The position numbers and the translations under genes are program-made. From assembly GCA_030528325.1 (NCBI GenBank), contig JAUMZD010000016.1:1-64000 (forward strand): DNA of 64,000 nt, written 5' to 3'. Under the pieces are notes generated by a model. The model ran no database searches and was not told the DNA's origin. It worked only from the letters and a program-made list of their open reading frames with translations. The stretch's first letter is position 1. Every line of letters begins with the position of its first letter. Shown in pieces: positions 22,680-33,888 of this stretch. This stretch comes from Lautropia sp. Lineage in GTDB: Bacteria > Pseudomonadota > Gammaproteobacteria > Burkholderiales > Burkholderiaceae_E.

Positions 22680-24314
22680 TCATGGTTTCAGGGCATCCTC
22701 CCGGATCATGTCGACGGCTTTCTCGGCCATCATCACCACGGGGGCGTTGGTGTTGCCCGAGACCAGCGTCGGCATGGCCGAGCAGTCGACGACGCGCAGG
22801 CCGCCGACGCCGCGCACGCGCAGGCGTTCGTCCAGCACGGCCATGGGATCCTGGCCCATCGCGCAGGTGCCGCTGGGATGGAAGATCGTCGCCCCATGCT
22901 GGCGGGCAAAATCCAGCAGCGCCTCGTCGTCCGTAGCTTCGGGGCCGGGGCGGTGTTCACGGGCCACGAAGGGGGCCATGCTGCGGCTCCGGGCGATGGC
23001 ACGAGCGGCCTTGATGGCCGCAATGGCCGTCTGCCGATCCGTCTCGGTCGACAGATAATTCGGCTGCATGGCGGGGGGCTGCATCGGGTCGTTCGATCGG
23101 ATGCGGACATGGCCTCGGGATTCGGGGCGCAGCTGACAGACCGACAGCGTGAAGCCGGAGAACGGATGCACCTTGCCGCCGGCCATGTCGGCCGAGAGTG
23201 TGGCGACATGGAACTGGATGTCGGGACGGGATGCTTGGGGATCCACCCGCATGAAGCAGCCGCCCTGGTTGATGCCGACGGCCAGCGGGCCTGAGCGTGT
23301 GCTGAGCCAGTCCCAGCCCATCCGGATACGCCCGGCAAGGCTTTTCAGCTGGTCATTGGTGGTGATGGGGCGACTGCATTCGTAGACCAGACGAAGCTGC
23401 AGATGGTCCTGAAGGTTTTCGCCCACGCCGGGGGCGTGATGCCGCACGGAGATGCCATGTGCCTGCAACAGGCTGGCGGGGCCAATACCGGAGAGCTGTA
23501 GCAATTGCGGCGACTGGATGGCGCCGGCCGCCAGCAGCACCTCGGCCCGGCAGCGCACCTCGTGTTCCTGCCCGCCCTGCCTGTAGCGCACGCCGGTGGC
23601 ACGTGTACCCTCGAACAGGATCTGCGTGACCTGTGCGTCGGTGAGCACCTGCAGGTTGGGGCGATGGCGCGCCGGCTTCAGATAGCCGGTGGCCGTGCTG
23701 CATCGCCACCCCCGCCAGGTGGTCAGCTGGTAATAGCCGGCACCTTCCTGCGAGGGGCCGTTGAAGTCTTCGTTGCGTGGCACGCCCAGCTCGCCGGTAC
23801 CGGCAATGAAGGCTTCGATCAGCGGATGCCGGGCACCGATGTCGGACACCTTCAGCGGGCCATCACTGCCATGAAAGGCACTGGCGCCCCGCTGGTTGTG
23901 TTCGCTGCGGATGAACCAGGGCAGCACATCGTTATAGGCCCAGCCCCGGTTGCCGAGTGCAGCCCAGTGGTCATAGTCCTCTCGCTGCCCCCGGATGTAG
24001 ATCAGGCCGTTGATGGCGCTGGAGCCGCCGAGTGTCTTGCCACGTGGCCAGTAGATGCGCCGGTCGTTCATGCCGGGATCGGGCTCGGTCTCGAAACGCC
24101 AGTTGTAGCGGTCGCTCCACATCGTCTTGCCATAGCCGATGGGCAGGTGCAGCCAGAGAGAACGGTCTGGTGGGCCTGCTTCGAGCAGTAGCACACGGGT
24201 CGCGGGATCCTCGCTCAGGCGCCCGGCAAGCACACAGCCCGCCGAGCCTGCGCCGATGATGATGTAGTCGTACGCTTCGGAGGCGGGTGTTGAGCGCATG
24301 GGCCTTCTCCTCAT
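22680..24314 (-). CDS. GMC-family FAD oxidoreductase (choline/alcohol dehydrogenase-like)
   Basis: YDYIIIGAGSAGCVLAGRLSED (FAD-binding GxGxxG), a GMC signature, and a C-terminal His active-site region. Confidence 0.8.
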   Translation of the reverse strand: MRRRPMRSTPASEAYDYIIIGAGSAGCVLAGRLSEDPATRVLLLEAGPPDRSLWLHLPIGYGKTMWSDRYNWRFETEPDPGMNDRRIYWPRGKTLGGSSAINGLIYIRGQREDYDHWAALGNRGWAYNDVLPWFIRSEHNQRGASAFHGSDGPLKVSDIGARHPLIEAFIAGTGELGVPRNEDFNGPSQEGAGYYQLTTWRGWRCSTATGYLKPARHRPNLQVLTDAQVTQILFEGTRATGVRYRQGGQEHEVRCRAEVLLAAGAIQSPQLLQLSGIGPASLLQAHGISVRHHAPGVGENLQDHLQLRLVYECSRPITTNDQLKSLAGRIRMGWDWLSTRSGPLAVGINQGGCFMRVDPQASRPDIQFHVATLSADMAGGKVHPFSGFTLSVCQLRPESRGHVRIRSNDPMQPPAMQPNYLSTETDRQTAIAAIKAARAIARSRSMAPFVAREHRPGPEATDDEALLDFARQHGATIFHPSGTCAMGQDPMAVLDERLRVRGVGGLRVVDCSAMPTLVSGNTNAPVVMMAEKAVDMIREDALKP

Positions 24315-24465
24315 TATCGGTTTCGATCAGTGAAACCCTGATTTCGTTTTTATTCTGAAGGCTTTTGGCTGCCGCGTCAGGAGGCTGGCCCATTGGGCCG
24401 TTTCAAGGCGTGGCGACGGCAGGCTCTGGTGTGGGATCAGGATCCGGAATCCGAATCCATCTGCT

Positions 24466-24918
24466 TCAGTCTGGTTCCGGGTGAGGCGGCACGGGCTTGC
24501 CATCCTGCTCGTCCTTGCGGTCGAACACCAGATCGTGTCCGAACACCAGCTGCAGCCACCCCGGATAGCTGTAGCCGGTGCCCAGGTGGTGATCGAGCAC
24601 GGCGCCCAGCCCGAAAATGAAGAAGGCATTGCCCGCCATTTCCGGGTTGCCACGCGAGATGGCACGGGCCGTGGCATCGGGATGGGCCGGATGCCGGCAC
24701 TGGATATGCAGATCATCGGCCGAGCGGTGTACCTGAACCGTGCTGTCCGATGAGGTTTCCAGCGTTTCACGTTCATTTTTCAGCGTGCATCGGGCATCGG
24801 ACACCGCCTGCCCATCGGCCAGCCGGGCTTGTAGCCGGAGATCCTGCCGGACGTCGTTGACCATCGAGGCGCAGCCGCCCAGTCCGGCAGCCAGCAGCAA
24901 GAGAGGGATGAGTCGCAT
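24466..24918 (-). CDS. Small lipoprotein, hypothetical
   Basis: MRLIPLLLLAAGLGGCAS lipobox; first gene after the TetR-type operator. Confidence 0.45.
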   Translation of the reverse strand: MRLIPLLLLAAGLGGCASMVNDVRQDLRLQARLADGQAVSDARCTLKNERETLETSSDSTVQVHRSADDLHIQCRHPAHPDATARAISRGNPEMAGNAFFIFGLGAVLDHHLGTGYSYPGWLQLVFGHDLVFDRKDEQDGKPVPPHPEPD

Positions 24919-24961
24919 GAGGGGCTCCTGTCATCTCCCGGGGGCAGGAGAGATATTCGGT

Positions 24962-24991
24962 TTCTACGGTGTAGAAATTCTACACCGTAGA
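24962..24991. promoter_or_regulatory. Two abutting 15-bp palindromes (TTCTACGGTGTAGAA / TTCTACACCGTAGA), candidate TetR-family operator
   Basis: Perfect dyad symmetry, located between the tetR stop and the lipoprotein-GMC-MFS genes. Confidence 0.45.
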
Positions 24992-25124
24992 GTTCCAGGC
25001 GGTGGCCTTCTGGACTGAAAAGTTGGGGGCAGGGCGCTGTGAGCGGTATGACTGATGATGGATTTCGTTCAGCTGCGTATGCCGGCGAAGGTGACCGTTG
25101 ATTCCGATGATCGTGACCACCATG

Positions 25125-25763
25125 TCAGCGGGGAGGTGAGATCACTGCGCGCTGCCAGCCCTCGATCAGGGCCCGAAGTCCGCGCTCGAACTGCGCATCG
25201 GGCTCGAAGGCATAGCCGGCGGCGAGTGCCTGCAGCAGGTGGGGGTGGCTGTCAGGCGTGATCGTCTGGAGCGCCTGGGTCACTTTGGCTTGATGCTGGT
25301 GCTGGCTGATTTCGCCCAGCACCTTGCCCACCGTGAAGGCCATCAGGCAATCGAGCAGGGGCATGGCTTCATGTGGCGGCAGCTCGGTGGCTTGCAGGCT
25401 GCGCAGGGTCTGTTCGATGAGGGCAAGCAGGGCCGGCGTGGTGGCCGGGCGTGTACCCATCAGCAGGGCCGCACGCGGGTGGGTCAGCAGGTGTGAACGT
25501 ACCTGCCGGAAGAGGGTGTGCAGATGGCGCTGCCAGTCTTTGCCCGGCTGTGGCGTCTTCTGTGCCGCGCCCTGCCAAAGCCGTTCCACGATGGCGTCGA
25601 ACACGGCGTCCTTGTTCGGCAGATGGTGGTAGATGGCCATCGGATCGACCCCCAGCTGTTTGCCCAGCGCCCGCATGCTGAACGCCTCGATGCCCACCTC
25701 GTCCACGAGGGTAAGGGCGGCCTGGGCGATGCGGTCACGGGTGAGGGGGGTGCGGGCGGACAT
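25125..25763 (-). CDS. TetR-family transcriptional regulator
   Basis: MSARTPLTRDRIAQAALTLVDEVGIEAFSMRALGKQLGVDPMAIYHHLPNKDAV. Start taken at the ATG at 25763; the longer track ORF runs into the MITE. Confidence 0.75.
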   Translation of the reverse strand: MSARTPLTRDRIAQAALTLVDEVGIEAFSMRALGKQLGVDPMAIYHHLPNKDAVFDAIVERLWQGAAQKTPQPGKDWQRHLHTLFRQVRSHLLTHPRAALLMGTRPATTPALLALIEQTLRSLQATELPPHEAMPLLDCLMAFTVGKVLGEISQHQHQAKVTQALQTITPDSHPHLLQALAAGYAFEPDAQFERGLRALIEGWQRAVISPPR

Positions 25764-25844
25764 GCGGCAAGCATAAGAAAAAAAAACGCCAGCAGCAAAG
25801 CCACTGGCGTGCGGTTCTTCTGCTCCCTGTTCCGGCCTTCGGTA

Positions 25845-25976
25845 TCGCGCCGGTGGCGCCGGCCCATTTTGCACCCGCTTCTTGCCCCATAGCACCCGCT
25901 ATGGGGCGGCGAATCGGGCACAAACTGTGCTCGGCGGGGCCGATTTTCGCCTTCGCGATTCCTACCGCCCAAGCTC
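25845..25976 (-). repeat. MITE-like element copy (reverse orientation, one terminal arm degraded)
   Basis: gcgccggcccattttgcacccgcttcttgccccatagcacccgctatggggcggcgaatcgggcacaaactgtgctcggcggggccgattttcgccttcgcgattcctaccgcccaagctcc. Confidence 0.55.
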
Positions 25977-26016
25977 CTAGGCAGGGGTGCGGGCCGTGAA
26001 GGATGGCGCTACAGGA

Positions 26017-26961
26017 TCAGGGCAGCTCCACCTCCATGTCGTCCTTCTTCTTGATGGGCTTGACCAGGTCCTCGCGCTTCAGGCCGAGGCGCATCAGGAT
26101 GGCGGCGGCCACGAAGATCGACGAATACACGCCGAAGAGGATGCCGATCGACAGCGCCAGGGCGAAGTAGAAGAGGGTGGGGCCGCCGAAGAACAGCATC
26201 GACAGCACCATCATCAGGGTCGAGGTGTGGGTGATGACGGTACGGGAGATGGTGGTGGTGATGGCATGATCGAGCACCTGGGCCGTCGTCATGTTCTTCG
26301 CCTGACGTTCGCGGAACTTCTCGCGAACCCGGTCGAAGATGATGACGGATTCGTTGACCGAATAACCCAGCACCGCCAGGATGGCGGCCAGTACCGAGAG
26401 CGAGAATTCCCACTGGAAGGCGGCAAAGAAGCCGAGGATGATCACCACGTCGTGCAGGTTGGCCACGATGCCCGCCACGCCGAATTTCCACTCGAAGCGG
26501 ATGGCGAGGTAGATGACGATGCCGATGATCACCATCAGCAGCGCCATGGCGCCACCGGTGGCCAGCTCCTTGCCCACCTGTGGGCCGACGAACTCGTTGC
26601 GTCGCAGCTCCACCTTCGGGTCGATCTGCTTCAGCGCGCCCACCACCTGTTCGGCCTGCTGGGCGGCCGAGACGCCTTCACGCAGCGGCAGGCGAACCAT
26701 CACGTCACGGGAGGTGCCGAAGTTCTGCACCTGCGGCTCGCCAAAGCCCAGCTCTTCGAGTTTGGCCCGGGTCTGTGTCAGATCGGCCGTGGTGCTGTAG
26801 TTGAACTCCATCACCGTACCGCCGGTGAATTCCACCGACAGGTTCAGGCCACGCGTCACCAGGAAGAAGACCGCCAGGATGAAGGCGGCGATCGAGATGC
26901 CGTTCAGCACGCCGGCGTGGCGCATGAACGGGATGTCACGTCGGATCTTGAATAATTCCAT
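26017..26961 (-). CDS. secF: Protein-export membrane protein SecF
   Basis: MELFKIRRDIPFMRHAGVLNGISIAAFILAVFFLVTRGLNLSVEFTGGT... Confidence 0.85.
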   Translation of the reverse strand: MELFKIRRDIPFMRHAGVLNGISIAAFILAVFFLVTRGLNLSVEFTGGTVMEFNYSTTADLTQTRAKLEELGFGEPQVQNFGTSRDVMVRLPLREGVSAAQQAEQVVGALKQIDPKVELRRNEFVGPQVGKELATGGAMALLMVIIGIVIYLAIRFEWKFGVAGIVANLHDVVIILGFFAAFQWEFSLSVLAAILAVLGYSVNESVIIFDRVREKFRERQAKNMTTAQVLDHAITTTISRTVITHTSTLMMVLSMLFFGGPTLFYFALALSIGILFGVYSSIFVAAAILMRLGLKREDLVKPIKKKDDMEVELP

Positions 26962-26978
26962 CGTCAGTTCACTCCGTT

Positions 26979-28850
26979 TCAGCGCTTGGCCGGTTGATCG
27001 GGTTTCCAGTCGCTCTGGCCGAGTGCCAGGCGCTTGATGCGCTTCTGGTGGCCGTACCAGAGGTTGACCAGCCCGCGGGAGACGAACACGGCCGAGAACA
27101 TCGAGGTCAGGATGCCCAGGCAGTGGACGACCGCGAAGCCCTTGATGGGGCCGGAGCCGAAGGCGAGCAGTGCCAGGCCGGCGATCAGCGTCGTGATGTT
27201 GGCGTCCAGAATCGTGGCCCAGGCACGGTCATAGCCGGCCGCGATGGCGGCATGCGGCGTGGCGCCGGCCCGAAGTTCTTCACGGATCCGCTCGTTGATC
27301 AGCACGTTCGCGTCGATGGCCATGCCGAGCGTCAGTGCGATGGCGGCCATGCCGGGCAGGGTCAGCGTGGCCTGCAGCAGGGACAGGACTGCCACCAGCA
27401 TCAGCAGGTTGAAGGCCAGCGCCACGGTCGAGAACAGGCCGAAGAGCGTGTAATAGACGATCATGAAGACCGCGATGGCGACGAAGCCCCAGGTGACCGA
27501 GGCAAAGCCCATCTGGATGTTCTCAGCCCCCAGGCTCGGGCCGATCGTGCGTTCCTCGATGATGTCCATCGGGGCGGCCAGCGCACCGGCACGCAGCAGC
27601 AGCGCCAGGTCGGTGGCGTTCTTCTGCGAGCCCATGCCGGTGATCTGGAAGCGGCTCCCCAGTTCGGACTGGATGGTGGCGACCGTCAGCACCTCGCCCT
27701 TGCCTTTCTCGAACAGCACCACGGCCATCGGCTTGTGGATGTTCTTGCGGGAGACTTCGCGCAGATGGCGGCCACCGGCCTCGTTCAGCGAGATGGCCAC
27801 GGCCGGCTGGTTGTTCTCGTCGAAGGCGGCCGAGGCGCTGGTGAGGTGCTGGCCGGTGAAGATCGGCTCACGCTTCAGCACCACGGGGGCGCCACGGCCC
27901 TGCCGGAACAGGTCGGAACCGAAGGGCACGACGGCATTCTCGTTGTTGAGTGCCCGTTGTGCCTCGGTACTGATGTCCACCAGGCGCGCCTCCAGCGTGG
28001 CCGTGCGGCCCAGGATGTCCTTGGCACGGGCCGTGTCCTGCACGCCCGGCAGCTGCACGACGATGCGGTCGGCGCCCTGACGCTGGATGACGGGCTCGGC
28101 CACGCCCAGCTCGTTGATCCGGTTGTTCAGCGTCGTGATGTTCTGCTGTACCGAATTGTCGAGGAAGGTGCGCATGGCGTTCTCGGTCATCACCAGAACC
28201 AGGCGCGAATCGGCGCCGGATCCGCGCGCCGTGATGCTGAGGTCGGTCTGGTTGTCGCGCAGCACGCCTTCGGCCCGGTCGCGGGTTGCCTCATCGGCAA
28301 AGGCGACGACCAGCTGGTTGCCGTTGCGCTGGATGGCGCCGTGGCGAACCTTGCGATCACGCAGCAGCGTGCGCACGTCCGAGATCGCGCTCTCGAGGCG
28401 CTTGTTCAGCGCCTCGGTGGTGTCGATCTGCATCAGGAAGTGGACGCCACCCCGCAGGTCGAGACCCAGATACATCGGCAGCGCACGCAGCTGCGTCAGC
28501 CACTCGGGTGAGCTGGACAGCAGGTTCAGCGCCGTGATGTAGACCGGGTCGCTGGGGTCGGGGTTGAAGGACTTCTCCAGCACATCGCGGGCGCGAAGCT
28601 GGGTGTCGGGCGTGTCGAAACGGATCTTGACCGAGTTGGCATCGCGCAGCACGCCGGTGTGCCTGATGCCAGCCACGTCCAGTGCGGCGAGCGCACGGTC
28701 TTCCGTCGCCTGGTCGACCTGAACGGTCGCCTTCTGGCTTGAAATCTGAACCGCTGGCGATTCGCCGTAGAAGTTGGGAAGGGTATAGATCAGGCTGAAG
28801 ATCAGTGCCAGCCCGATGACGGCGTACCGCCAGAACGGATATCGATTCAC
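26979..28850 (-). CDS. secD: Protein-export membrane protein SecD
   Basis: 623 aa: MNRYPFWRYAVIGLALIFSLIYTLPNFYGE..., a large periplasmic domain and a C-terminal 6-TM region. Confidence 0.85.
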   Translation of the reverse strand: MNRYPFWRYAVIGLALIFSLIYTLPNFYGESPAVQISSQKATVQVDQATEDRALAALDVAGIRHTGVLRDANSVKIRFDTPDTQLRARDVLEKSFNPDPSDPVYITALNLLSSSPEWLTQLRALPMYLGLDLRGGVHFLMQIDTTEALNKRLESAISDVRTLLRDRKVRHGAIQRNGNQLVVAFADEATRDRAEGVLRDNQTDLSITARGSGADSRLVLVMTENAMRTFLDNSVQQNITTLNNRINELGVAEPVIQRQGADRIVVQLPGVQDTARAKDILGRTATLEARLVDISTEAQRALNNENAVVPFGSDLFRQGRGAPVVLKREPIFTGQHLTSASAAFDENNQPAVAISLNEAGGRHLREVSRKNIHKPMAVVLFEKGKGEVLTVATIQSELGSRFQITGMGSQKNATDLALLLRAGALAAPMDIIEERTIGPSLGAENIQMGFASVTWGFVAIAVFMIVYYTLFGLFSTVALAFNLLMLVAVLSLLQATLTLPGMAAIALTLGMAIDANVLINERIREELRAGATPHAAIAAGYDRAWATILDANITTLIAGLALLAFGSGPIKGFAVVHCLGILTSMFSAVFVSRGLVNLWYGHQKRIKRLALGQSDWKPDQPAKR

Positions 28851-28852
28851 AC

Positions 28853-29197
28853 TCAGATGGCCTTGATGGTGCCCTTGGGCAGAAGGGTCTGGACTGCGGA
28901 TTTCTGGAAGTTCATGTTGACGGCGCTGCTGTCGCCCGAGGTGGCCACCTCGACGGTGACGTAGGCTTCGCCCACTTTCACCACGCGACCGACGATGCCG
29001 CCGGCGGTGATGACTTCATCACCTTTTTGCAGGGCGGCGAGCATGTTCCGGTGTTCCTTGGCCCGCTTCATCTGGGGACGGATCATCAGGAAGTACAGCA
29101 CCACGAACATCAGGATGATCGGCAGGAAGCCGAGCAGCTGATCCTGGCCGGTGGGGGCGCCGGCGGCTGCCTGTGCGTATGCGTTGGAAATGAACAC
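28853..29197 (-). CDS. yajC: Preprotein translocase subunit YajC
   Basis: LLGFLPIILMFVVLYFLMIRPQMKRAKEHRNMLAALQKGDEVITAGGIVGRVVKV. Confidence 0.75.
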   Translation of the reverse strand: MFISNAYAQAAAGAPTGQDQLLGFLPIILMFVVLYFLMIRPQMKRAKEHRNMLAALQKGDEVITAGGIVGRVVKVGEAYVTVEVATSGDSSAVNMNFQKSAVQTLLPKGTIKAI

Positions 29198-29498
29198 GTG
29201 AGAAACCCTCGTCGAATGATGGGAGAATGGGGCAGGGTCAAGCCCTGACGGTGAAGTACAGCGGGTGTGCCCAGAAACTGGGCACCAAACTGCCCATTAT
29301 AGCTGCCGCCTCCATGCCACGCCCCTTGCCAACGGCGGTGTCGTGGGGTTGGATGTCCCTGATGCGGCAGGCAGGAAAGCTTCGATCGCCCCCGCGATGA
29401 AGTCCTCGCCGAGTATGGCGGCAGGGGCGGGGGCTGGCGTGGTGGAAGGATCGGTGGCAGGCAGGGCAGGCTGGAAGTGAAACGGTGTGGCGAATCGC

Positions 29499-31788
<2,290 letters not shown>

Positions 31789-31891
31789 GGGGGATGGGCT
31801 GGGGTGATCGGGGCGTTGGCGTTGTCCTGCGGGCATGGTGCCAGGGGGCAGCAGAGGTGCGAGCCTTTGCACGGGGGGCGTCAGGGGCTGC

Positions 31892-32443
31892 TCATCCTTG
31901 CTTCGGTACGGTTGCCGGAAAGGGGGCTTGCGGCACGGGGCGTTGCATCAGGCAGGCGCCTTCGCCATAGCCCGCCAGCTTCTCTCGCAACCGGCGTGTC
32001 TCGTGGGGGCAGCCCGGTTGAACCGGTCTGAAGCCCTGTCGATGCCAGTAGCCATTGGCCCCGGCCAGCGACACGAGGCGGATGCTGCGCACCTGCAGAC
32101 GCTGGGCCGTGCGTTCGACCGCCTGTAGCAGCTGCCGGGCCACACCACGGCCCTGCCAGCGCGGGTTGACGGCGCAATCGTGGATGAACCAGTGCCGGCG
32201 TGCCGGGGGAAGTGCATTCAGCGTGGCGCCCAGCGCCGGCGGCAGGCCATCATCCCAAGGGTACGACACCAGATAGCCGGCTACCTGCCCGCCTTCCAGC
32301 ACCAGCTGGCAGCCTTCAGGCGCCAGTTGCTGGCGGTTGGCAAAGAATTCGATCGGCTCCAGAACCGGCAGGCCGGCATAGGCCTGTGCCTGCACCTCCA
32401 TGACGGCAGGCAGCCATGCCGTCTGCATCGGCACCAGAGCCAT
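31892..32443 (-). CDS. GNAT-family N-acetyltransferase
   Basis: Internal Met [22 protein letters not shown]...; acetyl-CoA motif [22 protein letters not shown]. The track ORF is extended upstream across the tRNA region. Confidence 0.5.
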   Translation of the reverse strand: MALVPMQTAWLPAVMEVQAQAYAGLPVLEPIEFFANRQQLAPEGCQLVLEGGQVAGYLVSYPWDDGLPPALGATLNALPPARRHWFIHDCAVNPRWQGRGVARQLLQAVERTAQRLQVRSIRLVSLAGANGYWHRQGFRPVQPGCPHETRRLREKLAGYGEGACLMQRPVPQAPFPATVPKQG

Positions 32444-32742
32444 GGGGGCCGGCCCTGAGTGCCCGGAAAGTCGGGCTGGGGTTCTGGTGGTGGGTGGTGT
32501 ACCGACCGCATGGCCAATGTCTGGGCTCGAGGTGGGATGAATCCTGGTTTCGGGCTGGTGGGGGACGGGCGCGGGCGGGCCGCGTCGATCGGACAGGAAT
32601 GACATGGAAACGGAAAATCCGGTTGTCGACAAAAGCCAACCCATTTGGCAAAGCAACCGGGAATGCGGCATAATGCAAAGCCCGACATGATCGCATGGAA
32701 GCTTGCTGCTGTGCCAGCCCATGTCGGCTTCAATCCTCAAAT

Positions 32743-32827
32743 GCCCGGGTGGTGAAACTGGTAGACGCAGGGGACTCAAAATCCCCCGCCGCGAGGCGTG
32801 TCGGTTCGAGTCCGACCCCGGGCACCA
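32743..32827 (+). tRNA. tRNA-Leu (anticodon CAA)
   Basis: GCCCGGG acceptor stem, long D-loop GGTGAAACTGGTAGA, anticodon loop CT-CAA-AA, a long variable arm, T-arm GGTTCGAGTCC, and 3' ...CCCGGGCACCA. Confidence 0.8.
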
Positions 32828-33165
32828 TCAATCCGGCCGATGACGTCGTGCATCGCGCCGTCATCAGGATCTCGACCCCTCGTCGATCGGTCGATGGTCT
32901 CAGCCGAGGCACACTGCCCGCAGCTTCCTCCGGTTGTCCCGCCGTCGTCCTGTTGCGCCTGCGCTGTTCTGCTCATCGGCCCCGTTTTCTTTCTGCCGAT
33001 GAGCCATCTGCACATCCGGGAGGCCACGCCGGCCGATACCGACCTGATCCTGCATTTTGTCCGCGAGCTGGCGCACTATGAAAAGGCGCTGGCTGAACGG
33101 GGGTTTTTTTAGTCTCAAGAAACTCATAAAATACGCTATGCGTATAACGTGTATTTGGAGGCGGG

Positions 33166-33396
33166 ATGCATAAACGAATGACGATCACGCTGGACGAGGC
33201 GGTCTATGAAGGGTTGTACCGTCGGGTAGGCAAGCGCCGCATGAGTCAGTTCATTGAGGATCTCATCCGTCCGCATGTGGTCGATACGGCGTTGGACGAT
33301 GGCTATCGTGCCATGGCCGCTGATATTGAACGTGAAGGTGAGGCTCAGGAATGGTGTGACGCTTTGATGGGGGACGTGGCAGATGCGTCGCGGTGA
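33166..33396 (+). CDS. Small antitoxin partnered with the downstream MazF/PemK-family toxin
   Basis: 76 aa MHKRMTITLDEAVYEGLYRRVGKRRMSQFIEDLIRPHV...; overlaps the toxin gene start by 14 nt. Confidence 0.5.
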   Translation: MHKRMTITLDEAVYEGLYRRVGKRRMSQFIEDLIRPHVVDTALDDGYRAMAADIEREGEAQEWCDALMGDVADASR

Positions 33397-33709
33397 AGTC
33401 TGGTGGGTGGCATTTGATCCGGCGGTGGGGAGTGAAATCCAGAAGACACGCCCGGCAGTAATCGTGAGTAATGATGCTGCCAATCGGCATCTGGCGCGTG
33501 TGGTGGTGGTGCCGGTGACCACTAACGTAGAAAGACAGTATCCGGGCGAGGCAATCGTGTCCGTCGCTGGAGAGCGACGTAAAGTAATGGCAGACCAGAT
33601 CATGGCCGCTGACAAGTCTCGGCTCAAGCAGTCCATCGCCACACTATCCAAGGCCGACATGTTGGCGGTAGAAGACGCGATCAAGCTCCATCTAGGTCTG
33701 CCCAGGTAG
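33383..33709 (+). CDS. MazF/PemK/Kid-family endoribonuclease toxin
   Basis: MRRGEVWWVAFDPAVGSEIQKTRPAVIVSNDAANRHLARVVVVPVTT. Confidence 0.7.
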   Translation: MRRGEVWWVAFDPAVGSEIQKTRPAVIVSNDAANRHLARVVVVPVTTNVERQYPGEAIVSVAGERRKVMADQIMAADKSRLKQSIATLSKADMLAVEDAIKLHLGLPR

Positions 33710-33888
33710 AGGGTGTCAGGCGACGCCCGCCCCCGTGGACAAGTTTTCATCCCTCGCACACAGAATTTCGGACACTCCCCTCAGCAGCAGTACGCCAGCG
33801 TCAGAGGTGATCGTGCCACCATCAAAGGCGGCCACCGCCTGCTTCCCGACGGTCCTTTCGACTACCAACGACTCTGCGCTACACTGTG

